Source: Spirochaetia bacterium | Lineage (GTDB): Bacteria; Spirochaetota; Spirochaetia; UBA9216 | DNA length: 64,000 nt | Direction of reading: 5' to 3' | NCBI GenBank assembly: GCA_963677925.2 | Contig: CAXXYH010000003.1 | Span: 1,664,001-1,728,000 of the forward strand | Notes under the pieces: generated by a model | The model's database searches: none | What the model was told of the DNA's origin: nothing | Seen by the model: only the letters and a program-made list of their open reading frames with translations | Made by a program: the position numbers and the translations under genes | In this document: piece after piece, positions 48,258 through 59,817 of the stretch | Layout of the letters: every line of letters begins with the position of its first letter | Numbering within the stretch: the stretch's first letter is position 1

Positions 48258-49931
48258 GAATCCGGACTTACTATTCTGAGGCGTCTGGAGACAGAAAGAG
48301 AATGAGAAAACGGTTCTTCCGTCCTCTTTTAAAATGTCGAATTCCCCGCCCAGCTGAGAAATAAGATCATTAATCAACTTGAGTCCCAGCCCCTCTGAAT
48401 GCTCGGACTCAAATTTATCCGGCAGGCCTGGACCGCTGTCACTGTATCGGACATGGCCGGTCCCCTCAGTATCGGAATACATGTGAAGACGAATGCTGCC
48501 TTTATTACTGTCAAAAAAAGCATATTTCATTGAGTTTATTATCAACTCATTAAATATCAGCCCGAGAGGTACGAGCTCATTTAATTCCAGGTGCAGGGAC
48601 TCTATTTCAAGCTCCAGATCAATATCATGAAGCCCTGTTATCATACAGAGGTCTTTAACAAGATTCACGAAAAACTCATCAGCAGTGACGCTTGTAACAT
48701 CACTGCCTGAATACAGAGACTCATGAACATATGCAATCGAGTGTATTCGTGATGTTGCACTCATCACAAAATCGGAAATCCTTGGATCAGTCTCACTGGC
48801 TCCCTGAATCTGAAGCAGAGCAGAAATAATTTGCAGATTATTCTTAACACGATGATGTATTTCCGCAATCAGAATATCCTTATCATGCAGAGCTTTCTGC
48901 TGAAGAGTTTCCCGTTTATCAACCTCATCGTTTATTTTTTCCAGCAGATATCCGGACTCGGCAATAAAATGTCTGAATAATGATAAAAGATGACTGTTTT
49001 CAATAAATTCGGTATGTACATCATCAAGCAGCTGCCGAGCTTCACTGATAAAATCTTTGTATAATTCCAGAGTATATGAGGACTCGCTGAGTCCAACTAT
49101 TCTATCTGAAAATGTTTCGGTGGTTTTTACAATTATTTGCTGTTCTTTTTTAAGCAGCTTAATTTTTACAGCCAGCCCTCTCAAATACAGGTAAACAAGA
49201 AGGCAGGTTGCAATTATTACAAATAAAAACAGAAATCCGGATATTACAAGATTTGTAACATCCTGAAAAAAGGCAATATCAAGACTGTCCATCCGATCAA
49301 ACCTGACGGTTTTGACAAGAAATAAGCGCCCTTCGATAAGCATAAACACTTTTGGTTCCAGCATTGAACCTGTCCACCACAATTTGTTTGAATACTGGAT
49401 TCTGGAATTTTTATAAATTGCAAAGATGTCTGCTCCCGCTATCTCGGCAGGAAAAAATTTTTCCGGACTAACATAAGTGGTTATAAGTTTATCTCCAATC
49501 CTTATCACCATATATACCTGCTGAAGTTCAGTCTCAAAATTCGGGTACAGACCAATATGAATTCTGCCATCTGTAAGATTTTTTGTTGAACGATAAAGAT
49601 TACTGGGTGTTATATTCAGACCCTGCAAATTCGGCGTTGTGGATTTTATTATCTCTCCGTCCAGGGTATAAATAAACCCGTCGGCTTTCGGATTATACTG
49701 TATCGATTCTTCTGACAGGAATCCGGATTCCTTTGCAAATCTAAGGTTGGCTTCAAGAGATATCTTCCATTTTTCAGTTCTTTCATTCAACCCCGAAAGC
49801 TGATTATAAGAAAATATAACAAACAGCCCGACAACAATTATTGTAAAAAAGATAATCACCCAGATGATAAATCTGTAAACGGATACATAAATGGAGATGA
49901 CAGAGTTGGATTTTGTCTTTGCTTTATTCAT
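48249..49931 (-). CDS. membrane sensor histidine kinase (HisKA_2 type)
   Basis: Two TMs; EIHHRVKNNLQII, NELIINSMKYAF, DSGPG, GLGL. Confidence 0.9.
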   Translation of the reverse strand: MNKAKTKSNSVISIYVSVYRFIIWVIIFFTIIVVGLFVIFSYNQLSGLNERTEKWKISLEANLRFAKESGFLSEESIQYNPKADGFIYTLDGEIIKSTTPNLQGLNITPSNLYRSTKNLTDGRIHIGLYPNFETELQQVYMVIRIGDKLITTYVSPEKFFPAEIAGADIFAIYKNSRIQYSNKLWWTGSMLEPKVFMLIEGRLFLVKTVRFDRMDSLDIAFFQDVTNLVISGFLFLFVIIATCLLVYLYLRGLAVKIKLLKKEQQIIVKTTETFSDRIVGLSESSYTLELYKDFISEARQLLDDVHTEFIENSHLLSLFRHFIAESGYLLEKINDEVDKRETLQQKALHDKDILIAEIHHRVKNNLQIISALLQIQGASETDPRISDFVMSATSRIHSIAYVHESLYSGSDVTSVTADEFFVNLVKDLCMITGLHDIDLELEIESLHLELNELVPLGLIFNELIINSMKYAFFDSNKGSIRLHMYSDTEGTGHVRYSDSGPGLPDKFESEHSEGLGLKLINDLISQLGGEFDILKEDGRTVFSFSFCLQTPQNSKSGFLS

Positions 49932-51027
49932 CTATATAATCCCCGGGAAGAAAAAAATCATTTATTATATGATTCTCAATTCTTATACCGGACTGCTCAA
50001 GAACTCTAAGATACAGCTCCTCCGGATTTCCATCACCGAATTCATTCAGATAAACGTCGCAGTAACCGTTTCTAAAGTATGCAGGCTTTGAAAATTCCCG
50101 GAGAAGCCGCTCGGGAGAATTTCCGACAACAGACATTTTCTGATGAATAATTTCAAGGACTATAATAGCTGTCAGAGCACCGTAGGAGGGTATGATATTA
50201 AAAGCTTCAAAATACTGACTGAGGACATCCTCATATTTACTGTCCAAATAACCGCTTCTGCTTACTGAATAGAAACCATCTATGTCAGGGATAGCAAAGA
50301 GGGAGCCGAAAGCTGAAACGCCCCAGTCTGCTGCAAAAACATCAGTATCAGGTTTTCTGTCCTTAACAGCATTAATAATGAGCAGCATTTCCATAGATGG
50401 AGAAATGCACATGACTGCATCTGTATTGAGGTCCAGCAATTCTTCGAAGCCTGAATAGTACTCAGTCACCGTGTATTCGCTATGAAAATTTTTAGTAATC
50501 GAATCGGTCAAGCGCTCGGAATAATTAGTATTAATTGAAGCTCGTACTATCAGTATTTTCCTGTACCCCTTCTGTTCAAAAACCTTAGCATAAGCAGCAC
50601 CCATTACTTCAGTGGAAGGCTGTATACGGAAAAAATTGTCTTTCCTGTTACTTAAGATATCAGTCGATGCAGTTACGCCCCAGAAGGGAATCCCTGACTC
50701 CTTTAATTCATCTAGAACAATCAGGCTTGCGCTGCTGATACTGCCTCCGATAATTACAGAGACATTATCATCAATTAATTCACGGCAGGCTTTCCTGATG
50801 CTTTCCTCATCATTCTGACTGGCTTTAAGAATAACTTTAACGGGATGTAGTCCGATATTTTCCAGCCTGTCTTTATAAAAGCTCACAGCCAAAAATTCTT
50901 CATATCCCAGCATCATATCAATGGAGAAGATAACCCCTATTTTATAGGGCCTTGTCAATCTATAGAACAAAAATCCGGAGGAAACAACTGCAATTATTAG
51001 AGTAATACTGATGAGCCTTCTTCTCAT
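49924..51027 (-). CDS. type I periplasmic-binding-fold protein (LivJ-like)
   Basis: N-terminal anchor, YKIGVIF, VIIGG..S, DNFFR. Confidence 0.7.
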   Translation of the reverse strand: MRRRLISITLIIAVVSSGFLFYRLTRPYKIGVIFSIDMMLGYEEFLAVSFYKDRLENIGLHPVKVILKASQNDEESIRKACRELIDDNVSVIIGGSISSASLIVLDELKESGIPFWGVTASTDILSNRKDNFFRIQPSTEVMGAAYAKVFEQKGYRKILIVRASINTNYSERLTDSITKNFHSEYTVTEYYSGFEELLDLNTDAVMCISPSMEMLLIINAVKDRKPDTDVFAADWGVSAFGSLFAIPDIDGFYSVSRSGYLDSKYEDVLSQYFEAFNIIPSYGALTAIIVLEIIHQKMSVVGNSPERLLREFSKPAYFRNGYCDVYLNEFGDGNPEELYLRVLEQSGIRIENHIINDFFLPGDYIDE

Positions 51028-51114
51028 ATTTAAATTATAATTATATGGATGCGGGAATCAAATTTAATACTATTTCGTGTAAGGTTTAAGCGGTTTTTAG
51101 ATTATGCTTTCGGG

Positions 51115-51143
51115 TTGACAAAAATGCTAAAATATAGCATATT
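51115..51143 (+). promoter_or_regulatory. sigma70 promoter of the tRNA cluster
   Basis: TTGACA-17-CATATT just upstream of tRNA-His. Confidence 0.6.
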
Positions 51144-51159
51144 CCTACGCACGTAATAT

Positions 51160-51233
51160 GGTGGATATAGTTCAATCGGTAGAGCACCAGATTGTGGTTC
51201 TGGGTGTTGCGGGTTCAAGTCCCGTTATCCACC
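51160..51233 (+). tRNA. tRNA-His(GUG)
   Basis: G-1 plus GTGGATA/TATCCAC acceptor stem, CCAGA-TTGTGGT-TCTGG anticodon arm, GTTCAAG T-loop; CCA not encoded. Confidence 0.95.
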
Positions 51234-51262
51234 CTAGCGCCTGACTTTGCGTACAGGAGCAT

Positions 51263-51336
<74 letters not shown>

Positions 51337-51364
51337 GTCTTTGTTTTTTGGCAATTTAAATAAC

Positions 51365-51437
51365 GGGCCGTTAGCTCAGCTGGGAGAGCAGCAGACTCTT
51401 AATCTGCGGGTCGTAGGTTCGATCCCTACACGGCTCA
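51365..51437 (+). tRNA. tRNA-Lys(CUU)
   Basis: GGGCCGT/ACGGCTC acceptor stem, GCAGA-CTCTTAA-TCTGC anticodon arm. Confidence 0.95.
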
Positions 51438-51524
51438 AAACTTTTTCAAATATATTGACCTATATTAGAAAAAGTGTAATAATGCGGAAACTTCCTGATG
51501 GAAGCCACGCTCCGCAGTAAAGCT

Positions 51525-51605
51525 GCGAGAGTGGTGAAATTGGCAGACACGCCAGACTTAGGATCTGGTGCCTTTGGCGTAAGGGTTCAAGTCCCTTCTC
51601 TCGTA
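51525..51605 (+). tRNA. tRNA-Leu(UAG)
   Basis: GCGAGAG/CTCTCGT acceptor stem, CCAGA-CTTAGGA-TCTGG anticodon arm, variable arm. Confidence 0.95.
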
Positions 51606-51654
51606 TATCTTTTTTTAAAGATGTGCCCATGGGTACTTAGTTTCAGAACATCAA

Positions 51655-51726
51655 GCGGGAGTAGCTCAGCGGTAGAGCTCCACCTTGCCAAGGTGGATGT
51701 CGCGGGTTCAATTCCCGTCTCCCGCT
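51655..51726 (+). tRNA. tRNA-Gly(GCC)
   Basis: GCGGGAG/CTCCCGC acceptor stem, CCACC-TTGCCAA-GGTGG anticodon arm. Confidence 0.95.
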
Positions 51727-51733
51727 CTACAGT

Positions 51734-51774
51734 AAGGCGATCGAGGGCATTTCCCTAGGTCGCCTTTTTTTTTT
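51734..51774 (+). terminator. intrinsic terminator after the tRNA cluster
   Basis: AAGGCGA...TCGCCTT stem followed by a long T run. Confidence 0.85.
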
Positions 51775-51836
51775 CAGTTTCTCTAGAAACATAATTATTC
51801 ACCGTATAAACATAACGGAAAACAGCGAGGACGCAG

Positions 51837-53204
51837 ATGATCGTAAGTAAAAACCTGGAAACACTTGAGAACTCACAAGTTAAACTGACAGTCACAGTTT
51901 CCAAAGATGCAGTTAAAAAGGAATATGACGAACTGCTGAAAAAATACACCAAATCAGCACATATCAAGGGGTTCAGAAAGGGAAAAGCTCCCGCAAGTGT
52001 TCTTGAACAGAAATTCGGAGATTCCATTAAAGGTGAAGCTACGATGAACCTTATGGAGAACGCTCTGAAGGAAGCCTACGAAGATGTTGAAAAGAAACCT
52101 CTTCCCTATGCTACACCGGTTCTTCAGGAAGATGAAAACGAAGAACTCCTCATCGAACTTGATAAGGACTTCACTTTCGCAGTTGTATACGACACAATGC
52201 CTGAAGTTACAGTCGGTAAATACAAGGGCCTCGAGATTGAATCTCCCGTATGCTCAGTACTGAAGAAAGATATTGACGCGGAACTTGAAACCCTCAGAGA
52301 ACAGAATTCTGTTGTTGTTGAGAAGGCAGAAGGCAGCAAGGCCGAAAAAGACGATATTGTAACCGTAAATTACTGCGAAGTAGATGAAGACGGAAACGAC
52401 ATTGAAGATACTAAAAGAGAAGATTTCGTATTTACAATCGGAACCGGATATAATCTTTACAAACTTGATGACGATGTAACCGGAATGACTACAGGCGAGG
52501 AAAAGGTTGTAGAAAAGGATTTCCCTGAAGACTACGACTACAAGGACCTGGCCGGTACAAAGAAGAAGATTAAAATCAAACTTGTTACTGTAAAAGTTAA
52601 AGACCTTCCGGATCTTGATGACGAACTTGCACAGGACATCAGTGATGAATACAAAACACTCGAAGACCTTAAAAAAGCTACAAAGAAAAAACTTCAGGAA
52701 AATGCAGACAAGAAAATTGAAGAGATTAACAAGCAGAAGCTTATCGATCTTATTCTTGAAGATTCCAAGGTTGATGTTCCCAAATCAATGCTCGATGCTG
52801 AAATTGATCAGGCATGGCAGCATTTTGTTTCACAGTCAAGAATGCCTGAAGAGCAGATCGTTCAGATTCTTGAAATGCAGGGAAAAACCAAGGAAGACAT
52901 GCGTGATGAATGGAGACCCTCTGCAGAGAAGAATGTTAAAACATACCTTATATCTGACAAACTGGTAGAAGAAGAAAAAATAGAAGTAAGTGACGAAGAA
53001 GTTGACGAAGAGATCAAAAAGCAGGGTGAAGCTGCCGGTATGAGCTTCGAAGACACAAAGAACTACTTTGACCAGAACGGCATGACCTCTTATCTTAAGG
53101 ATGAGATGAAAGGAAATAAACTCTTTGATTTACTGCTTAAGAGTGCCGAGATCAAGAAAGGAGCAAAAAAAGATTATCTGGACTTGATGCAGAATAAGGA
53201 GTAA
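51837..53204 (+). CDS. tig: trigger factor
   Basis: GFRKGKAP ribosome-binding motif, FKBP-like domain; upstream of clpP. Confidence 0.95.
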   Translation: MIVSKNLETLENSQVKLTVTVSKDAVKKEYDELLKKYTKSAHIKGFRKGKAPASVLEQKFGDSIKGEATMNLMENALKEAYEDVEKKPLPYATPVLQEDENEELLIELDKDFTFAVVYDTMPEVTVGKYKGLEIESPVCSVLKKDIDAELETLREQNSVVVEKAEGSKAEKDDIVTVNYCEVDEDGNDIEDTKREDFVFTIGTGYNLYKLDDDVTGMTTGEEKVVEKDFPEDYDYKDLAGTKKKIKIKLVTVKVKDLPDLDDELAQDISDEYKTLEDLKKATKKKLQENADKKIEEINKQKLIDLILEDSKVDVPKSMLDAEIDQAWQHFVSQSRMPEEQIVQILEMQGKTKEDMRDEWRPSAEKNVKTYLISDKLVEEEKIEVSDEEVDEEIKKQGEAAGMSFEDTKNYFDQNGMTSYLKDEMKGNKLFDLLLKSAEIKKGAKKDYLDLMQNKE

Positions 53205-53213
53205 ATTAACAGC

Positions 53214-53825
53214 ATGAACGAACAAATGAACAGCCTTGTCCCTGTCGTAATTGAACAGACAGGAGTAGGAGAAAGATCCTACGACATTTATTCACGTCTG
53301 CTGAAAGACCGAATTATTTTCATTGATGGAGAAATCAATGACCTGACTGCCGACTTAGTGGTAGCTCAGCTTCTTTTCCTTGAATCACAGGATCCCGAAA
53401 GGGATATAAGCATCTATATTAACAGTCCCGGCGGCTCAGTAACCGCGGGACTGGCTATCTACGACACAATTCAGCACATAAAAACAGATGTACAGACAAT
53501 TTGCCTTGGACAGGCAGCTTCCATGGGAGCACTGCTGCTCACATGCGGAAGCCCGGGAAAAAGATTTTCCCTGCCCTCTTCAAGAGTACTGATTCACCAG
53601 CCCTGGGGCGGTGTTCAGGGTCAGGCCACCGACATTGGTATCCAGGCCAAGGAAATTGTAAGACTCAAAAAACTTACAATCGATTATTTTGCAAGCCACA
53701 CAGGCAAAGATGCTGCCGTTATAGCAAAAGATCTCGAACGGGATTTCTTCATGTCCGCACATGAGGCTGTTGAGTACGGAATCGTAGATAAAGTACTTGA
53801 GAGAGGTGAAAATGGCACGAAATAA
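53214..53825 (+). CDS. clpP: ATP-dependent Clp protease proteolytic subunit
   Basis: [29 protein letters not shown]. Confidence 0.97.
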   Translation: MNEQMNSLVPVVIEQTGVGERSYDIYSRLLKDRIIFIDGEINDLTADLVVAQLLFLESQDPERDISIYINSPGGSVTAGLAIYDTIQHIKTDVQTICLGQAASMGALLLTCGSPGKRFSLPSSRVLIHQPWGGVQGQATDIGIQAKEIVRLKKLTIDYFASHTGKDAAVIAKDLERDFFMSAHEAVEYGIVDKVLERGENGTK

Positions 53826-55056
53826 AACAGACAGCAATAATAAAGTCTGTTCATTCTGCGGCAAAAGCTCGGATGCAGCCAGACGTCTTATTGCAGGACC
53901 GGGTGTATTCATCTGTGACGACTGCGTATACGTCTGTAAGAAAATCCTTGAAGAGGAAGAAGACATCCTCACAGGAGAATACCTGGACGAGGTACCCAAG
54001 CCGCAGGAAATCAAGGAATATCTTGACGAATACATCATAGGCCAGGATTCAGCCAAAAAGGTTCTGTCTGTAGCCGTTTACAACCATTACAAGCGAATTA
54101 CCCAGAACGTTAAACTTGATAAAGATGTTGAGCTTGAAAAGGCCAATGTCCTTCTTATTGGTCCTACAGGAACAGGTAAAACCCTGCTCGCCAAAACTCT
54201 TGCAAAAAAGCTCAAAGTACCCTTTGCAATAGCTGATGCAACTACTCTGACAGAGGCCGGCTATGTTGGTGAAGATGTTGAAAACATACTTCTCAAACTT
54301 ATCCAGAATGCAGGCAATAATATTGCCGCTGCTGAAAAGGGCATCATCTATATTGATGAAATTGACAAGATTTCAAGAAAAGGCGAAAACGTATCAATCA
54401 CAAGAGACGTTTCAGGTGAAGGTGTACAGCAGGCTCTTCTCAAGATAATTGAAGGAACCTCTGCTTCTGTACCTCCTCAGGGCGGAAGAAAGCACCCTAA
54501 TCAGGAAATGCTTAAAATTGATACAAAGAACATCCTTTTTATCTGCGGCGGGGCTTTTGTAGGCCTTGATAAGGTTATTGAAACCAGAATCAGCCAGCAT
54601 CCTATGGGTTTCGGTGCAGATGTACGCCCCAGCGGAAATAAAGATCTTGTAAAGCTTTTTGAAAACCTTCTTCCGGACGACCTTATTAAATTCGGACTCA
54701 TTCCAGAGTTTATCGGAAGGCTTCCTATTAATGTAACTCTCTCCAATCTTGAAGTTGACAGCCTCAAAAAGATTATCACAGAACCGAAGAACTCAATCAT
54801 TCGCCAGTATAAAGCCCTCCTTGAGCTTGATGATGTTGAACTTGATTTTGAAGATTCTGCAATAGAAGCAATCGCCGAGCTGGCTGTAAACCGGAAAACC
54901 GGGGCCAGAGGCCTTCGTGCAATAGTAGAAACCATAATGATGGATATTATGTACGATATTCCTTCTATCGAAGGCGAAAAGAAAGTCCGCGTTACAGCAG
55001 ACGTAGTGAACAACAAAGAAAAACCGGAGATTATATTTTCTAAAAAATCAGCATGA
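53812..55056 (+). CDS. clpX: ATP-dependent Clp protease ATP-binding subunit ClpX
   Basis: CSFC..CDDC zinc finger, [20 protein letters not shown] loop; ATG at 53812. Confidence 0.97.
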   Translation: MARNKTDSNNKVCSFCGKSSDAARRLIAGPGVFICDDCVYVCKKILEEEEDILTGEYLDEVPKPQEIKEYLDEYIIGQDSAKKVLSVAVYNHYKRITQNVKLDKDVELEKANVLLIGPTGTGKTLLAKTLAKKLKVPFAIADATTLTEAGYVGEDVENILLKLIQNAGNNIAAAEKGIIYIDEIDKISRKGENVSITRDVSGEGVQQALLKIIEGTSASVPPQGGRKHPNQEMLKIDTKNILFICGGAFVGLDKVIETRISQHPMGFGADVRPSGNKDLVKLFENLLPDDLIKFGLIPEFIGRLPINVTLSNLEVDSLKKIITEPKNSIIRQYKALLELDDVELDFEDSAIEAIAELAVNRKTGARGLRAIVETIMMDIMYDIPSIEGEKKVRVTADVVNNKEKPEIIFSKKSA

Positions 55057-57398
55057 AGATACTACCATCAGGATCAAAAACCGAAAAACAGGACTTGCCC
55101 TTAGTAGCCCTGAAGGACCTGGTGGTTCTTCCTTTCATGGTTACACCCTTTTTTACCAGCCGTCAGACAACCATTAATGCAATAAACGCCGCCATGGCTT
55201 CTGATCGGATGGTATTCATTTCATGTCAGTCAAATGACGCTGAAGACCCCGAAATCAACGATATTCACCCTACAGGTACTACCGCTAAGATTCTTCAGGT
55301 TCTAAAACTTCCGGACGGGACTGTCCGTGTACTAGTAGAGGGTAAGCAGAGGGCCGTTGTCAGAAAACTAAGGCATGAACGAAACTTTTCTTTTGTAAAC
55401 GTTAACCTTATAAGGCTGCATACGGCGACTCCGGAGCACCTTGTTCCCTCAATGGCTGCCGTACTTAAGGCATTCACTAAATACGCATCCATAAAAAAGA
55501 ATTTCCCGAAAGATTCAGTCACCGCAGCAGAAAAGGCTGAATATCCGGATAAGCTTGTTGATGTTATACTTGCAGCCCTGCCTGTTAAAAAAGAATTGAA
55601 GCTCGAAATCCTGTCGATAGTGGATTCCAACGAGAGGCTTGATTCTCTTTCTGTTTTAATCGAGGCCGAAATCGAGATGCTCAACCTTCAGAATAAAATC
55701 TCCACCCGGGTCCGTCAGAAGATGGAAAAAAACCAGCGTGAATACTTTCTGAATGAGCAGATTAAGGAAATAAACAAGGAACTTGGCAAAGAAAAGGACG
55801 AGGGCCAGGAGATCAACGAGTTCGTTGAGAAGATCGAAGCAAAGAAAGCCCCCTCCGAGGTAATTGAAAAAGCCAAAAAAGAGGGTGCCCGACTGTCGAG
55901 GCTTCAGCCGATGAGCCCGGAGTCCGGAGTCCTAAGAACCTACCTCGAATGGCTGTCAGATCTGCCATGGGGACTTAAAACCCTGGACAACAAGAACCTC
56001 ATCGAAGCCGCCAGAGTCCTCGATGAAGATCATTACAACATGAAAAAACCCAAGGACAGAATCCTTGACTATATAGCCGTAAGGCAGCTTAAAGAGAAGA
56101 TGAAGGGGCCGATACTCTGCTTTGTAGGGCCTCCCGGTACCGGTAAGACCTCTCTAGGTAAATCCGTGGCAAGAGCTCTTAACCGTGAGTTTGTAAGAAT
56201 TTCTCTGGGCGGGGTACGTGACGAAGCGGAAATACGCGGACACCGGAAAACCTACGTCGGAGCGCTGCCCGGCAAGATCATACAGTCAATCAAAAAAGCC
56301 GGCAGTTCAAACCCCGTATTTCTTCTTGATGAAATAGACAAGATGAGCTCCGATTTCAAGGGGGACCCGGCATCAGCTCTGCTTGAGGTTCTGGATCCGG
56401 AGCAGAACAGCACCTTTGTCGACCACTACCTTGAAGTGCCCTATGATCTTTCAGGTATTATGTTTATTACAACTGCAAACTCGATTCACAACATCCCCTA
56501 CCCTCTTCGGGACAGGATGGAAATTATAGAGATTCCCGGTTATACCGATTTCGAAAAAACTACCATTGCAACCGATTTTATAATCCCTAAGCAGAAAGAA
56601 GAGAACGGACTTGCTGAAACAAGCATAGATTTCCAGAAATCCGCTCTTCTTAAGATTATACGAAATTACACTATGGAATCCGGTGTTCGAAGTCTCGAAA
56701 GACAGATTGCCACAATACTTAGAAAAACAGCACGTGAAGCCCTCACAAAGGGCGAAAACCTTGACTCTGAATATAAACGCGTTATTACTTCCAAAAGCCT
56801 TAAAAAGTTCCTGGGCAAGGAACTGCATCAGGATGATCTGGTTTATACCGAGACCCGTTCAGGTCTGGCTCACGGCCTTGCATGGACTGAACTTGGAGGA
56901 ACCCTTCTTCCGATTGAAGCTGCGCTGATAGACGGTAAGGGCGAAGTCATACTGACTGGCAGCCTCGGAGATGTGATGAAGGAGAGTGCCAGAACTGCAT
57001 TGTCTTTCATCCGTGCCAACCACGGACTTTTCGATCTTGATGACGGCTTTTTCAAGGATAAGGGCATGCATATCCATGTTCCCGAAGGAGCCATCCCCAA
57101 GGACGGGCCCTCGGCCGGAATCACCCTGCTTGCAGCACTTCTTTCACTGTTCAAGGATAAACCGGTGAACAAGGGAATAGCGATGACCGGAGAGATTACG
57201 CTCACAGGCCGGATTCTACCCATCGGCGGACTCAAGGAAAAAACACTTGCAGCCTACCGGAACAAGATGACAGATGTCATTATTCCGGAAGGAAACCGCA
57301 AGGATACCGATGAGCTGCCGAATGAAGTGACATCAGCTCTGACCTTTCACTTTGTAAAAACAGCAGAAGAAGCATATCCAATACTCTTTGGCGAGTGA
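55053..57398 (+). CDS. lon: Lon protease
   Basis: [36 protein letters not shown]. Confidence 0.97.
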   Translation: MKILPSGSKTEKQDLPLVALKDLVVLPFMVTPFFTSRQTTINAINAAMASDRMVFISCQSNDAEDPEINDIHPTGTTAKILQVLKLPDGTVRVLVEGKQRAVVRKLRHERNFSFVNVNLIRLHTATPEHLVPSMAAVLKAFTKYASIKKNFPKDSVTAAEKAEYPDKLVDVILAALPVKKELKLEILSIVDSNERLDSLSVLIEAEIEMLNLQNKISTRVRQKMEKNQREYFLNEQIKEINKELGKEKDEGQEINEFVEKIEAKKAPSEVIEKAKKEGARLSRLQPMSPESGVLRTYLEWLSDLPWGLKTLDNKNLIEAARVLDEDHYNMKKPKDRILDYIAVRQLKEKMKGPILCFVGPPGTGKTSLGKSVARALNREFVRISLGGVRDEAEIRGHRKTYVGALPGKIIQSIKKAGSSNPVFLLDEIDKMSSDFKGDPASALLEVLDPEQNSTFVDHYLEVPYDLSGIMFITTANSIHNIPYPLRDRMEIIEIPGYTDFEKTTIATDFIIPKQKEENGLAETSIDFQKSALLKIIRNYTMESGVRSLERQIATILRKTAREALTKGENLDSEYKRVITSKSLKKFLGKELHQDDLVYTETRSGLAHGLAWTELGGTLLPIEAALIDGKGEVILTGSLGDVMKESARTALSFIRANHGLFDLDDGFFKDKGMHIHVPEGAIPKDGPSAGITLLAALLSLFKDKPVNKGIAMTGEITLTGRILPIGGLKEKTLAAYRNKMTDVIIPEGNRKDTDELPNEVTSALTFHFVKTAEEAYPILFGE

Positions 57399-57454
57399 TT
57401 CCTTAATTAAGTTATAGCCGTTGAGTGTGATTACCGGCGGCTTTACACTAAACT

Positions 57455-58666
57455 CTAAGCTTTTGTCTTTCCTGCCAGTCTTTTAACAGCCTCTGAACAG
57501 AATGCTGTTAAAAGCATACAGCCGGCAAGCATAAATGGATACAGCCCCATCGATACATTCTTGAGAAGTATTCCAAAGAGCGGTGGAAAGACCGCACAAC
57601 CGGCATAGGCCGAGGCCATCTGAAAGCCTATTATATACTGTGAATTCTGTTTCCCGAAACGTGCGGGAGTCTCATGGATCATCGAAGGAAATATTGGAGC
57701 CATCCCAAGTCCGAAGAGAAAAAGCGGTGCTATAACCATACCGGAAGGCAGCGGAAGGGCAATCAGAGCTCCTGCTGCTGCAGAAATCAGGACTCCGGCT
57801 CTTATCATAGTAACACTGCTGACTCTTAAAGACACAAAACCTGACAGAAAACGTCCCGCCATTATTCCGCTGTAATACATTGAAACAAAAAGTGCAGCCT
57901 TCTCAACAGGCAGGCCTCTCACTCCTACAAGGTAGCTGCTGCCCCATAGTCCGGCACTGACCTCTGCTGCACAGTAGAATACAAATGTAAGAAGAGCAAA
58001 TGGAACGCCGCGAATTGAGAGCATCTGAAAAGGCTTTAAAGGACGGATCTCATCAGAAGCCCGTACTTCATCCTCATTATCCGGGTTTTCAGAATTAGAT
58101 ACGGATGTTTTCCGGGCATGCATCCGCCATAGGGGCAGGCTTATAAACAGCAGAAAAGCCAGAAACAGCTGAACTGATCCGACCTGCCTGTAACCGACTC
58201 TCCAGGAAAGCTCATGTGCAAAAGCATTTGAAATAAACAGCGGCCCGACAGTGGCGCCTACACCCCAGAAGGAATGAAGCCAGTTCATATGGTGGGCCTT
58301 AAAATGAAGGGCCACATAGTTATTAAGGGCCGTATCTACAGAGCCGGCCCCGAACCCGAGTGTAACGGATAGGACAACAAGCCAGAGGTATGAGGGAACG
58401 AATGATATACCGAGAATTGAAAGTCCGGTCATCAGGCAGCTGAAAAAAGTTACCTTGCCGGTTCCAAGCTTTTTGATTATAACACCGCTGAGCAGGCTCG
58501 ACACAACCGTTGCTATAACAATAAAAACCGATACGAAGCCGGCGTAATCAAGGGGGAGCGCCCAGTCTATGCGCATCTGAGGCCAGGAAACTCCAAAAAG
58601 AGAATCGGGCAGGCCCAGACTGATAAAGGCAAAATAAATGAGAATTAGAAGTAGTATGGTAATCAT
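57455..58666 (-). CDS. MFS transporter
   Basis: FISLGLPDS, GSVDTALNNYVA, WLHSFWGVGA, APIFPSMIHETP; 12 TM. Confidence 0.9.
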   Translation of the reverse strand: MITILLLILIYFAFISLGLPDSLFGVSWPQMRIDWALPLDYAGFVSVFIVIATVVSSLLSGVIIKKLGTGKVTFFSCLMTGLSILGISFVPSYLWLVVLSVTLGFGAGSVDTALNNYVALHFKAHHMNWLHSFWGVGATVGPLFISNAFAHELSWRVGYRQVGSVQLFLAFLLFISLPLWRMHARKTSVSNSENPDNEDEVRASDEIRPLKPFQMLSIRGVPFALLTFVFYCAAEVSAGLWGSSYLVGVRGLPVEKAALFVSMYYSGIMAGRFLSGFVSLRVSSVTMIRAGVLISAAAGALIALPLPSGMVIAPLFLFGLGMAPIFPSMIHETPARFGKQNSQYIIGFQMASAYAGCAVFPPLFGILLKNVSMGLYPFMLAGCMLLTAFCSEAVKRLAGKTKA

Positions 58667-59661
58667 ATGTTCTCCTGAAGGAGAGCATTATCAGATTTAA
58701 GACTCTCCGAATATTTTTCAAGCCCGGCAAAAATCAGGCCTGCAGCGTAACTATTTCTGAAATCCTTTTCAAAAATTATTGAAGGAAGATGCCCGCCAGG
58801 AATTACAGAGGCGGCAGATTTCCGTATACCTTCAATTATCTCATCATCAAGGAATATACCTGATATTATTATCTGCTCCGGATTTATAACGCAGTTGACA
58901 GAAACCGCAGCCTCTGCAATTTTAAATGCGATATCATCCTTTCCCGATCCCGGCAGCCATCCTATCTCACCTGCAAAATTACTTGCTCCGCGATGGATCT
59001 TTCCGCCTATGACAATACCGGCACCCGGGTTATGTCCGTCTGGATAGTAGATATATGCGAGTGAAGATGCTGCTCCGCAGCAGTTTTGGCGATAATATCC
59101 GAAAGCCGCGGCATTCACATCATTCTCGATAACAATGTCTAATGAATACTTTGAATAAAGATATTCTTCCAGATTGACATCTTCAAAATCTCTGAAATCA
59201 CAGTTTCCAATCCTGCCGTTCCAGATAACCCCCGGGATACCTACTGAAATAACCGAAACACCTGGATATTTCCTGAGCATTGAATCTGCCTTTTCCTCAA
59301 GTTCGGGAATTCCAATCCGGCCGTACTGCAGACTTCCCTGTTCTACGACCTCCCCAAGCATATCAGCGACTGCATAATTCAGAGTCAGAACGTCGGCCTC
59401 GGTTCTGGGAAAAATGGAAAGTATATACGCATGATTTCGGTTAAATTTAAAGCGTCTGGAAGGTCTTCCGCCGGTAGAATCTGCCGCATCAACCTCGACT
59501 GCCATTCCCGACTGGATTAGTTCTGCAAGAAGATTACCGCATGTTGCAACACTCAAGCCTGTTTCCCTTGAAAGGGAATTTTTGGTTCCGACATCTTTTA
59601 CTTTAAGCGCTTCAAGCAGCTTCATTTTATTAAAAACCCTTAAATCTATAGTGCTTGGCAA
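58663..59661 (-). CDS. ROK family transcriptional regulator
   Basis: N-terminal HTH, STGGRP, GIPG, IENDVNAAA, GAG, AGEIG. Confidence 0.9.
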   Translation of the reverse strand: MPSTIDLRVFNKMKLLEALKVKDVGTKNSLSRETGLSVATCGNLLAELIQSGMAVEVDAADSTGGRPSRRFKFNRNHAYILSIFPRTEADVLTLNYAVADMLGEVVEQGSLQYGRIGIPELEEKADSMLRKYPGVSVISVGIPGVIWNGRIGNCDFRDFEDVNLEEYLYSKYSLDIVIENDVNAAAFGYYRQNCCGAASSLAYIYYPDGHNPGAGIVIGGKIHRGASNFAGEIGWLPGSGKDDIAFKIAEAAVSVNCVINPEQIIISGIFLDDEIIEGIRKSAASVIPGGHLPSIIFEKDFRNSYAAGLIFAGLEKYSESLKSDNALLQENI

Positions 59662-59817
59662 GAAAACACCTCACTTTCAATATATCTTATCATAAGTATT
59701 TTCTATTAACAAACATTTTTAATCAAGCACTACCCCTGTTTCAAATAATAATTTTGTACTTGATTTACCGTTATCAAAGACTATATAATTGGTTATAGAA
59801 CTCAAGGAGGCAGAGCT

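Noticed and set aside
51498-52027. ORFs 51498-51758(+) and 51755-52027(-)
   Set aside because: They overlap tRNA-Leu/tRNA-Gly and the antisense of tig; spurious.
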